From Candidatus Saccharimonadota bacterium (GTDB lineage Bacteria; Patescibacteriota; Saccharimonadia; Saccharimonadales; Saccharimonadaceae): 64,000 nt of DNA. Shown here piece after piece: positions 9,549 through 18,146 of this stretch; position 1 is the first letter of the stretch, and each line of letters starts with the position of its first letter. The position numbers were made by a program, and so were the translations under genes. The stretch is taken from positions 67,983-131,982 of the forward strand of contig JAFWBV010000005.1 in NCBI GenBank assembly GCA_017506895.1, in the 5' to 3' direction. The notes below the pieces were generated by a model. It was not told the origin of the DNA. It saw nothing but the letters and a program-made list of their open reading frames with translations, and did not search any database.

Positions 9549-10778
9549 ATGAGATTGTCAAAAACTTTTGTAAAAACCTTGAGGGATGCTCCTAAGGACG
9601 AGACGGCAAAAAACGGTTCGCTCTTGATTAGGGCTGGCTTCATCCATAAAGAGATGGCTGGCATTTACGATTATCTACCTTTAGGTTTAAGAGTAATAGA
9701 AAACATCAAAAGCGTTATTCGAGAAGAATTAAACAAAATTGGCTGTGAAGAAATCTTAATGACAGCCCTGCAAAACCCTGAACCATGGGAAAAAACTGGA
9801 CGTTTCTCAAATCAAGAAGTAGATATATGGTTTAAGACCGAGCTCTCTTCCGGTGGCATACTCGGATTAGCCCCCACACACGAAGAGCCAATTACAAGTT
9901 TAATGAAAAGCTATATTTCAAGCTACAAAGATTTGCCATTATATGTTTATCAATTCCAAAATAAATTCCGCAATGAGCTTAGAGCAAAGTCAGGAATTCT
10001 ACGTGGACGCGAATTTTTAATGAAAGATTTGTATAGTTTTCATACTTCCAAGGAAGATTTAGACGAGTTTTATCATCAGGTGGAGTTGGCCTACAACCGA
10101 ATATTCGAAAGAATGGGGCTAGGCGATTCGACATTCGAAACTTTTGCGAGTGGCGGTATCTTTTCTAAGTATTCGCATGAGTTCCAGACATTCTTGCCGG
10201 TTGGCGAGGATACAGTTTATTATAATAACGATAAATCAGTCGTTTTGAATAAAGAAGTGTTTAATGAGGACGTCCTAAAAGATTTAGGGGTAGAAAATGA
10301 AAAGTTTGAAGAAGCCACTGCCGCAGAAGTAGGAAATATCTTTAAATTACAATTTAAATATTCTGAGCCGCTAGGATTAAAATATATCGATGAAGAAAAC
10401 CAGCAACAAATAGTTTACATGGGCTGCTATGGTATTGGCGTATCAAGACTGATGGGAGTTATTGCCGAGAAGTTTGCTGATGAAAAGGGCCTAGTTTGGC
10501 CAGAAACCGTAGCACCGTTTAAATACTATTTAATTGGAATTGGAGAAAACGGCATAAAGGAAGCTGAGAAGTTTTATCAAGGCAGAGAAGACATTACTTT
10601 ATTGGACGATCGCGACAAGAGACCGGGTGAAAAATTTGCCGATAGTGAGTTACTTGGTATACCATTTAGGGTGGTGATTTCTGATAAAACTTTAGCTAAT
10701 AATGAGGTGGAAATTACTGAACGAAAGACTGGCCAAAGTTGGCGAGTGAAACTAGCAGAATTATTTGAAAAATTCTAA
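9549..10778 (+). CDS. proS: Prolyl-tRNA synthetase (short form without editing domain)
   Basis: LAPTHEE, FRNELRAKSGILRGREFLMKDLYSF, MGCYGIGVSR. Confidence 0.96.
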   Translation: MRLSKTFVKTLRDAPKDETAKNGSLLIRAGFIHKEMAGIYDYLPLGLRVIENIKSVIREELNKIGCEEILMTALQNPEPWEKTGRFSNQEVDIWFKTELSSGGILGLAPTHEEPITSLMKSYISSYKDLPLYVYQFQNKFRNELRAKSGILRGREFLMKDLYSFHTSKEDLDEFYHQVELAYNRIFERMGLGDSTFETFASGGIFSKYSHEFQTFLPVGEDTVYYNNDKSVVLNKEVFNEDVLKDLGVENEKFEEATAAEVGNIFKLQFKYSEPLGLKYIDEENQQQIVYMGCYGIGVSRLMGVIAEKFADEKGLVWPETVAPFKYYLIGIGENGIKEAEKFYQGREDITLLDDRDKRPGEKFADSELLGIPFRVVISDKTLANNEVEITERKTGQSWRVKLAELFEKF

Positions 10779-10787
10779 AAATAAGGG

Positions 10788-10816
10788 TTGACACAATGGT
10801 AGTTTTCATATAAACT
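10788..10816 (+). promoter_or_regulatory. Sigma70-type promoter of greA
   Basis: TTGACA - 17 nt - TAAACT. Confidence 0.75.
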
Positions 10817-10846
10817 ATACCTTGTTTTTAAGTAAATGGAGAAAAA

Positions 10847-11293
10847 ATGATTAATAGAACAATAAGCCTGACCGCTGAAGGCAAAAAAGAACTCGAAAAA
10901 GAGTTGGACGAACTTATAAAAGGGCGCCCAGCAATTGCGGAACGTATTGCTACGGCCCGTGCTTTTGGTGATTTGTCAGAAAATGAGGAATATAGTTCGG
11001 CTCGCAATGAGCAAAAAATGGCCGAGGGCCGCATCTTGGAAATTCAAGAGATACTTAAAAATTCCAAGATTATTCGTGGTGGCAAAAGGAGTAAAGTTGA
11101 TTTAGGTGCTGTGGTATCGATTGATTTGGGTGGACGCAAACTGACTTATACTTTAGTCGGTGCTACTGAAGCTAACCCACTTGATGGTAAGATATCTAAC
11201 GAATCGCCGATTGGTAAAGCCTTGCTCGGTCATAAGGCTGGAGAATCATTTGATTTTAATGGAAAAAAGGTTAAGATTGTTGAAATCCAGTAA
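10847..11293 (+). CDS. greA: Transcription elongation factor GreA
   Basis: ARAFGDLSENEEY, ISNESPIGKALLG. Confidence 0.97.
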   Translation: MINRTISLTAEGKKELEKELDELIKGRPAIAERIATARAFGDLSENEEYSSARNEQKMAEGRILEIQEILKNSKIIRGGKRSKVDLGAVVSIDLGGRKLTYTLVGATEANPLDGKISNESPIGKALLGHKAGESFDFNGKKVKIVEIQ

Positions 11294-11311
11294 CATGATA
11301 TAATATATAGT

Positions 11312-12763
11312 ATGTTACTTGAAGATTATCGAAACGAAAGACTCCGAAAGCTGGAGGAGATTAGGGAGCGTGGTATTGAGCCTTATCCATCTAAGGCACA
11401 CCGCACGGCCAAAATAGCTGAGATTATTAATCATTTTGATGAAAAAAAGGGTCAGGAAGTCACTGTGGTGGGGAGGATTGTGGCAATTCGTTCGTTTGGG
11501 AAATTAGTTTTCTTGAAGGTACGTGATTATACGGCTGAGATACAGATTTTTATGAAGGCTACCGATGAGCCCACTCCGGAAGGATTGCTTGGTGCCAAGG
11601 ATACTAAACTGCTTGATATTGGTGATTTTATCGAAATCAAAGGAACCGTAGACAAATCGCAGACTGGCGAAATATCAGTGTTTTCTAACTATGTGAGGCT
11701 GCTTACAAAATCTCTTAGACCGTTGCCAGAAAAATTCACTAACAAGGAAGAACGTTACCGTCGTCGTTATGTAGATATGAATGTTAACCCAGAGGTGCGA
11801 GAAAGATTGGTACGACGCTCTAAGTTTTGGCAGGCAACTAGGGATTTCATGAACAATCATGGCTTTATCGAAATAAACATTCCAGTACTAGAGCATACAA
11901 CTGGTGGGGCAGATGCGCAACCTTTCGTAACACATATGAATGCTCTGGACGAAGATTTTTATTTACGTATTTCGCATGAGCTACCATTAAAGCGCTTACT
12001 TGGCGGTGGTTTCGAAAAAGTCTATGACATCGGACCAAGGTTTCGTAATGAAGGCGTGGACGATGAACATTTGCCGGAGCACATTGCTTTTGAAGCCTAT
12101 GCGGCGTATGAGAATTATGAAGACGGCATGAAGCTATATGAAGAAATGATCAAATATGTCGCCAAAGAAACCTGGGGGACACTGAAGTTTAATGTGGGAG
12201 GATTTGAAATCGATTTAGACCAAGAATGGCCACGTTATAAGTATGCTGATTTGCTACGCGAAAAATTTGGTGTGGACGTATTTAATCCAGACAGGGAACA
12301 ACTGGTACAGATATTGAGGGATAATGGCGTAGAATCTGATTTTGAGATGACAACACCGCATTTGATTGATCATGTTTGGAAACTAATCCGTAAGACTTCA
12401 GCAGGACCGTATTGGGTGATTGAAGAGCCCTTGAGCTTGTCGCCACTGGCTAAGAAATCGGCTGATAATCCACTAGTGACCGAGAGATTTCATCCGGTGA
12501 TTGCCGGGACAGAAATGGGTAATGGCTTTTCTGAGTTAAATGACCCGCTGGATCAATTGGAGCGATTTAAAGAGCAGCAAGCCGCACGCGATGCAGGTGA
12601 TGAAGAGGCACAAATGCTCGACATGGATTTCGTTGAGATGCTAGAATATGGCATGCCGCCAGCTTGTGGCTGGGGGAATTCTGAACGCAACTTCTGGTTG
12701 CTTGAAGGAGTACCAGGGCGTGAAGCAGTGCCATTTCCTACTATGAAAAGTAAAGAAGACTAA
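11312..12763 (+). CDS. lysS: Lysyl-tRNA synthetase (class II)
   Basis: RYRRRYVD, GGADAQPF, FRNEG, EYGMPP. Confidence 0.97.
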   Translation: MLLEDYRNERLRKLEEIRERGIEPYPSKAHRTAKIAEIINHFDEKKGQEVTVVGRIVAIRSFGKLVFLKVRDYTAEIQIFMKATDEPTPEGLLGAKDTKLLDIGDFIEIKGTVDKSQTGEISVFSNYVRLLTKSLRPLPEKFTNKEERYRRRYVDMNVNPEVRERLVRRSKFWQATRDFMNNHGFIEINIPVLEHTTGGADAQPFVTHMNALDEDFYLRISHELPLKRLLGGGFEKVYDIGPRFRNEGVDDEHLPEHIAFEAYAAYENYEDGMKLYEEMIKYVAKETWGTLKFNVGGFEIDLDQEWPRYKYADLLREKFGVDVFNPDREQLVQILRDNGVESDFEMTTPHLIDHVWKLIRKTSAGPYWVIEEPLSLSPLAKKSADNPLVTERFHPVIAGTEMGNGFSELNDPLDQLERFKEQQAARDAGDEEAQMLDMDFVEMLEYGMPPACGWGNSERNFWLLEGVPGREAVPFPTMKSKED

Positions 12764-12777
12764 TTATAAATGATGTC

Positions 12778-13005
12778 TTAATTGCCATCAAAAATGTCAA
12801 TGGTTTTGATGCGGGATTTGTGGCCGCGGATGATGGAGATAGATGTCTTTGGCACGTCGAAATGTTTAGATAGGATTTTGATTAAAGCATCGTTAGCCGT
12901 GCCGTCTACGGGTTTGGCATGAAGATAAACGGTGAGTTCGTGGTCACCAGTGGTGACGATTTTTTCTTGAGAACTGCCGGGTTTTACGGTGACGGTGTAT
13001 CTCAT
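12778..13005 (-). CDS. DUF167 (YggU/UPF0235) family protein
   Basis: VTVKPGS, AKPVDGTANDALIKILSKHF, GHKSRIK. Confidence 0.9.
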   Translation of the reverse strand: MRYTVTVKPGSSQEKIVTTGDHELTVYLHAKPVDGTANDALIKILSKHFDVPKTSISIIRGHKSRIKTIDIFDGN

Positions 13006-13047
13006 ACAGTATATTATATAATAATTCTGCGTGATATAATAATAGAT

Positions 13048-15120
13048 ATGGCTAAATTTAAATTAGTATCAAAGTTTCAGCCGACCGGCGATCAGCCGTC
13101 AGCAATTCGTACGCTTGTAGACGGGCTTAATTCTGGTGTTCACGAACAAACGTTGCTGGGTGTAACTGGTTCAGGTAAAACTTTTACAATGGCAAACATT
13201 ATTGAACAGACCCAAAGACCGACTTTGATTCTGGCGCACAATAAGACTTTGGCAGCGCAGCTTTATTCCGAGTTTCGGGAATTTTTCCCGGAAAACGAAG
13301 TGCACTATTTTGTATCATATTTTGATTATTATCAACCGGAAGCATATATTGCATCGACCGATACATATATTGAAAAAGACTCAGCAATTAACGATGAGAT
13401 TGATAGATTAAGGCATGGTGCGACGGAAGCCTTGCTGACGCGACGTGACGTAATTGTAGTGGCGTCGGTATCGTGTATTTATGGTATCGGTTCACCAGCA
13501 AATTATACCGAAATGTCACTGCCGATGTGGCGAGTAAACGGTGAGTGGAAGGTGGCGCACGAAGGTTCTTTCTCGAGAGCTCTCAATGGCGCTAGCCCAA
13601 GCTTTACTCTATCGAAAGAATCCTTCGATGCACCACTTTCGCAGCTCGATTTCATTCGCCGATTGGTAGCGATGCAGTATCATCGAAATGATCTCGCATT
13701 CGAGCGAGGAAATTTCCGCGTGATGGGTGACACGATTGATTTATTCCCAGCAAACGGCGAATTTGCTTATCGATTCGAGTTTGGTTTTGATACACTAGAA
13801 GATGTCAAAATCGTGGAGCCATTGACAATGGCGGTGCGGGAAAAACCTGATTATGTGCATATTTTCCCAAATACACATTATGCGACGCCAATGGACCAAC
13901 TAGAAAAGGCTCTAGTGACGATTCGTGCTGAATATGAAGACAGAATGAAGTACTTTGAAAAACACCAAAAATATCTGGAAGCGCAAAGATTGTCACAGCG
14001 CACTAAGTATGATTTGGAGATGCTCAAAGAAACTGGTTTCGTAAAGGGAATTGAAAATTATTCTAGGCATCTAGATGGACGAAAACCCGGAGAGCCACCT
14101 TCGACACTGCTCGATTTCTTCCCGAAAGATTTTTTGCTCATTGTAGATGAATCCCATATGACTTTACCGCAAGTGCGCGGAATGTATAACGGTGACCACG
14201 CACGTAAAGTAACTTTGGTTGATTATGGTTTTCGTTTGCCGTCTGCGCTCGACAATCGCCCTTTGACTTACGGCGAATTTCAAAAACATATTAACCAAGC
14301 TATCTATGTATCTGCGACACCGGGAGAATACGAACTAGAGGTTTCACCTGCTCCGGCCGAACAAGTGATTCGCCCTACTGGGCTACTTGATCCTGAAATT
14401 GAAGTCCGAAGTTCAGATGGACAAATTGATGATTTAATGGAAGAGATAGACAAAAGAATCGCTAAGGGCCAAAGGACGCTGATTACGACTTTGACAAAAC
14501 GGATGGCCGAAGATTTGACTGACCATCTGAAAGAACGCGGCGTAAAGACAGCTTATATTCATTCGGATATTGATACTTTGGAGCGGGGAGATATTTTGCG
14601 AGATTTACGAGAAGGCGTTTATGATGTTTTGGTGGGGATTAACTTACTACGCGAGGGATTAGATTTACCAGAAGTATCGCTTGTAGCGATTTTAGATGCC
14701 GACAAGGAAGGATTCTTGCGTTCTGAATCGGCCTTAATTCAAACGATCGGGCGAGCGGCGCGTCACGAAGAAGGCAAAGTAATCATGTACGCCAATTTCA
14801 TTACAGAAAGCATGGAGAAAGCGATTTCAGAGACGAATCGCCGACGTGAGATTCAAAAAGAATATAATGAAAAACATCATATTACGCCGCATTCCGTCCA
14901 GAAAGAAATATCGATGGGACTGCGTGCTATCATACCAGAGAAGGAGAAGGAGAATAAACTCGATGTCCGTAAAATACCAAAAGATGAATTGCCGGCTTTA
15001 ATCAAACAACTATCTTCCGAGATGCAACTAGCTGCGGCAAACCTAGAATTTGAGCGTGCTGCCGCACTACGTGATGAAATTGAAAGAATTAAAGAATTCA
15101 TGGAAGGAAAGAAAAAATAA
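13048..15120 (+). CDS. uvrB: Excinuclease ABC subunit B, carrying an in-frame palindromic insertion
   Basis: PTGDQP, GVTGSGKT, YFDYYQPEAY, DESH, C-terminal UVR domain; ATG at 13048 follows TGATATAAT. Confidence 0.98.
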   Translation: MAKFKLVSKFQPTGDQPSAIRTLVDGLNSGVHEQTLLGVTGSGKTFTMANIIEQTQRPTLILAHNKTLAAQLYSEFREFFPENEVHYFVSYFDYYQPEAYIASTDTYIEKDSAINDEIDRLRHGATEALLTRRDVIVVASVSCIYGIGSPANYTEMSLPMWRVNGEWKVAHEGSFSRALNGASPSFTLSKESFDAPLSQLDFIRRLVAMQYHRNDLAFERGNFRVMGDTIDLFPANGEFAYRFEFGFDTLEDVKIVEPLTMAVREKPDYVHIFPNTHYATPMDQLEKALVTIRAEYEDRMKYFEKHQKYLEAQRLSQRTKYDLEMLKETGFVKGIENYSRHLDGRKPGEPPSTLLDFFPKDFLLIVDESHMTLPQVRGMYNGDHARKVTLVDYGFRLPSALDNRPLTYGEFQKHINQAIYVSATPGEYELEVSPAPAEQVIRPTGLLDPEIEVRSSDGQIDDLMEEIDKRIAKGQRTLITTLTKRMAEDLTDHLKERGVKTAYIHSDIDTLERGDILRDLREGVYDVLVGINLLREGLDLPEVSLVAILDADKEGFLRSESALIQTIGRAARHEEGKVIMYANFITESMEKAISETNRRREIQKEYNEKHHITPHSVQKEISMGLRAIIPEKEKENKLDVRKIPKDELPALIKQLSSEMQLAAANLEFERAAALRDEIERIKEFMEGKKK
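13548..13640 (+). repeat. 93-bp palindromic element inserted in frame in uvrB
   Basis: Nested stems GAAGGTGG/CCACTTTC and GAAGGTTCTTTC/GAAAGAATCCTTC; 38-nt core shared with the gatB element. Confidence 0.85.
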
Positions 15121-15203
15121 AACATTCCAATGTAAAGCTTTTGATGCTATCTACTGCCTGGACAGGGATTTATTTTTGATATTACTTGTGGTATATTATA
15201 GTT

Positions 15204-16145
15204 ATGAGTGCGGTGGGCATTGCTGAGATTGAAAAGATTAAAAAAAGGATTCGGTTTTGTGATTATTTGTGTGTAGCACAATTATTTTTGCAGGATAACT
15301 TTTTGTTAAAAAGAGAACTAGCTTTTGACGACATTAAGCCGCGGCTGCTCGGGCATTGGGGAACTTGTCATGGGATTAACGTGGCCTATGCAAATTTTAA
15401 GTCTAAATTTCGCGATGATTCAAATTACAGTTTTATACTAGGACCTGGACATGGTTTTCCAGCGCTTAATGCTAATTTATGGTTAGATAAAGAACTTGAG
15501 AAAGTTGACAGACGTGCGACGGTTGACGAAGAAGGATTGGCATATCTTTGTCGCAATTTCTCTTGGCCAGATGGATTTCCTAGTCATGCTAGTCCAATGA
15601 CGCCTGGCGTGATTACGGAAGGCGGCGAACTTGGCTACGCATTAGCTAACGCTTATGGAGTCGCCCTTGGTCATCCAGAAAAAACCATTGCAGTTCTAAT
15701 TGGCGACGGTGAGCTAGAGACGGCAACTGGACTTGATTCGTTAAATTTGCGTAATATTCTCACTGGTTCAAACAATGGCAAGATATTACCAATTTTACAC
15801 TTAAATGGTTATAAGATTTCTGCACCATCGATTTATGCACGAAAATCTGAAAGAGAGTTAAATGAGTTAATTCGTGGTTTTGGCTTTACGCCACGCTTTG
15901 TTGGAGAAAATGTGGAAGATTTTCAAGATGCTCTAAACGAAGATGTCGATTCACCATTCTTTATATTAAAAACTGAAAAAGGCGAAGGCGGGCCGAACCG
16001 TTATCATCATGCTCATCAGATACCATTGAAAAATCCAAAGACAGATTCTAAAGAATTAAAAGAATTAAATGAATGGCTTTTGAGTTATCGACCAGCTGAA
16101 TTATTTGATGAACTTGTCAATAATGGGGGTGATAATGATAGATAG
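15204..16145 (+). CDS. Phosphoketolase, N-terminal (ThDP-binding) subunit
   Basis: LLGHWGT, GPGHG, EGGELGY, GDGELET, ILHLNGYKI. Confidence 0.9.
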   Translation: MSAVGIAEIEKIKKRIRFCDYLCVAQLFLQDNFLLKRELAFDDIKPRLLGHWGTCHGINVAYANFKSKFRDDSNYSFILGPGHGFPALNANLWLDKELEKVDRRATVDEEGLAYLCRNFSWPDGFPSHASPMTPGVITEGGELGYALANAYGVALGHPEKTIAVLIGDGELETATGLDSLNLRNILTGSNNGKILPILHLNGYKISAPSIYARKSERELNELIRGFGFTPRFVGENVEDFQDALNEDVDSPFFILKTEKGEGGPNRYHHAHQIPLKNPKTDSKELKELNEWLLSYRPAELFDELVNNGGDNDR

Positions 16146-17304
16146 AGTTGATAAACCTGGTTCAGAACTATTTTCTCCAGCTAAACAAATCGGCGAATTA
16201 TTGTTTGAAGAATTCAAGAAGGACCCACATTTTTATTTCTTTTCACCAGATGAAACTACTTCAAATAAGTTTGATAAAATATTTGAAATCGAAAAAAGAG
16301 CTTGGGGAGATTTACCGATTAAAGAATGGGACTTGCCGGAGTCAGCCAATGGTAGAATCATTGAGATGCTATCGGAAAATGTATTGTTTTCAGTGATGAC
16401 TGGGCATTTATCTAACGGCGAGAAAGCTATAATGGGGAGTTACGAAGCGTTTTTGCCGATTATCACTTCGCAGCTTTTGCAACAAATGAAATTTATCAAG
16501 CAATCAAAAAGCGTGAAATGGCGAAAGCCAATGCCAGCCGTGAATATCTTGTCCACTTCGACCTGTTGGCGTCAGGATCATAATGGATTTACCCACCAAT
16601 CGCCAGCATTAATTTCGCAATTGCTTGCTGTACCTTCAAATCTCGCAAATTGTATTTTCCCAGTTGATGATGTCGCCGCAGCAGAATCATATAGATTTAT
16701 GATGGAATCTACTGATGTTGTAAATCTTACAACATTTGACAAGAATGAGCGACCACGCTATATCGACTCACACCATGCTAATTATGAATTTGTGAATGGT
16801 GGCGCGAGCATCTATCAGTTCATTTCAGACGATGAGCCAGATTTGGTTTTCGTGGGTTGTGGCGATATTGTGGCGCACGAAATGATTGAAGCGATTAGAA
16901 TTTTGAAGGCTGATTTACCAGAGCTAAAAATCAGGTTTGTTTATATTAATGCTTTGTCTTATCGCGGAATCGGTACGACTGAGAATAAATTAAGCAAAGA
17001 AAAGTTTGTGGAATTATTCACTCCCGATAAGCCAATTATTGCAAATTTCCACGGATATCCAGAAACTTTAGAAAATATTCTCGAAAACTATACCGCACGC
17101 GGAAGACTCCGAGTACATGGCTTTAATGAAGAAGGTTCTACAACCACTCCGTTTGAAATGTTACGTAAGAATAAAGCATCGCGCTACGATATTGCAGTAG
17201 ATGTGGCGGAACTAAAAAAACGAGACGATTTAGTCTCAAAATATGAAATGATTCTCACACAAAATCACTTTAAAGCAACTCAATATGATAAAGATTTAGT
17301 GTAG
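16135..17304 (+). CDS. Phosphoketolase, C-terminal subunit
   Basis: FSPDETTSN, EMLSE, SYEAF, WRQDHNGFTHQ; ATG at 16135 preceded by GGGGGTGA and overlapping the upstream stop by 11 nt. Confidence 0.88.
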   Translation: MIDRVDKPGSELFSPAKQIGELLFEEFKKDPHFYFFSPDETTSNKFDKIFEIEKRAWGDLPIKEWDLPESANGRIIEMLSENVLFSVMTGHLSNGEKAIMGSYEAFLPIITSQLLQQMKFIKQSKSVKWRKPMPAVNILSTSTCWRQDHNGFTHQSPALISQLLAVPSNLANCIFPVDDVAAAESYRFMMESTDVVNLTTFDKNERPRYIDSHHANYEFVNGGASIYQFISDDEPDLVFVGCGDIVAHEMIEAIRILKADLPELKIRFVYINALSYRGIGTTENKLSKEKFVELFTPDKPIIANFHGYPETLENILENYTARGRLRVHGFNEEGSTTTPFEMLRKNKASRYDIAVDVAELKKRDDLVSKYEMILTQNHFKATQYDKDLV

Positions 17305-17323
17305 TTACTTGCGTTTTACGCTT

Positions 17324-17409
17324 AGCGGGTGACGGACCTGGAAGGGGACCCCAAAATGTTTTGCTTCAGCAAAAATTTTGGGGAGGGAGAAGGTCCGGCA
17401 GGACCCGCT
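17324..17409. repeat. 86-bp GC-rich intergenic palindrome
   Basis: Nested pairs AGCGGGT/ACCCGCT, GGACCT/AGGTCC, CCCCAAAA/TTTTGGGG, TTTTGC/GCAAAA. Confidence 0.8.
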
Positions 17410-17433
17410 TTGGATATATGCTATAATTATCAT

Positions 17434-18120
17434 ATGGATTGGTTTATATTGATAATCGTTTTAATAATTTTGGCGGAAACATCTTATCTTACGATAAAGC
17501 ACTTTAGGCCGACAAGAAATGGTGCCAGAAAAATTTATGTTGATACTTCGGTATTGATTGACGGACGAATTTTAAACATCGCAAGAACAGGTTTTATAGA
17601 TGGCGATTTAATTATATTAAAGAGTGTACTTAGAGAATTACAGCTTTTAGCTGACGGAAAAGATAACGAAAAAAGAAATCGGGCAAGGGCAGGGCTTGAT
17701 AATGTGTCTGAACTAGAACGTGTAATCGAAGTTAATACCGAAATAGTAGATGATGGCGAGAGGATGAAAAAAGTTGATGAGCAACTGCTCAAATATGCCA
17801 AAGAGAATAAAGGCGCGATCATGACAATTGACTATAATTTAATAAAAGTTGCTGAAGCTGAAAGAATTATGGCGCTTAATGTCAATGATTTGGCCTTATC
17901 GGTGCGTACAGAGTTTTTACCAGGAGAAAAGATTAAACTAAAAATTACAGAAAGAGGTTCTGGCAAGGGTCAAGGAATCGGGCATTTGTCCAATGGCACC
18001 ATGGTGGTAGTAGATGGCGCTTCTAACCGTATCGGTAAAGAAATAACGGTAGAGTTTATGCGATTTCACGAAACTTCTTCTGGTAAGATGATTTTTGCGA
18101 GAATATCTAGAAAAAAATAA
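17434..18120 (+). CDS. PIN/TRAM domain protein (YacL-like) with N-terminal TM
   Basis: YVDTSVLIDGR PIN motif; GQGIGHLSNGTMVVV TRAM; start set by TGCTATAAT 6 nt upstream. Confidence 0.9.
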   Translation: MDWFILIIVLIILAETSYLTIKHFRPTRNGARKIYVDTSVLIDGRILNIARTGFIDGDLIILKSVLRELQLLADGKDNEKRNRARAGLDNVSELERVIEVNTEIVDDGERMKKVDEQLLKYAKENKGAIMTIDYNLIKVAEAERIMALNVNDLALSVRTEFLPGEKIKLKITERGSGKGQGIGHLSNGTMVVVDGASNRIGKEITVEFMRFHETSSGKMIFARISRKK

Positions 18121-18146
18121 GGCCTTTTAAAGGCCTTATCTAAAAC

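Noticed and set aside
12919-13047. Track-predicted N-terminal extension of uvrB (and similar extensions for PIN/TRAM, xth, Erm-like, rpsJ, HdeD)
   Set aside because: The extensions overlap neighbouring genes or promoters; downstream starts fit family N-termini and promoter/SD positions.
17324-17409. SRP (4.5S) or 6S RNA
   Set aside because: It lacks the SRP helix-8 GNRA/CAGG-AGCAG motif on both strands and is too short for 6S; kept only as an unclassified palindrome.
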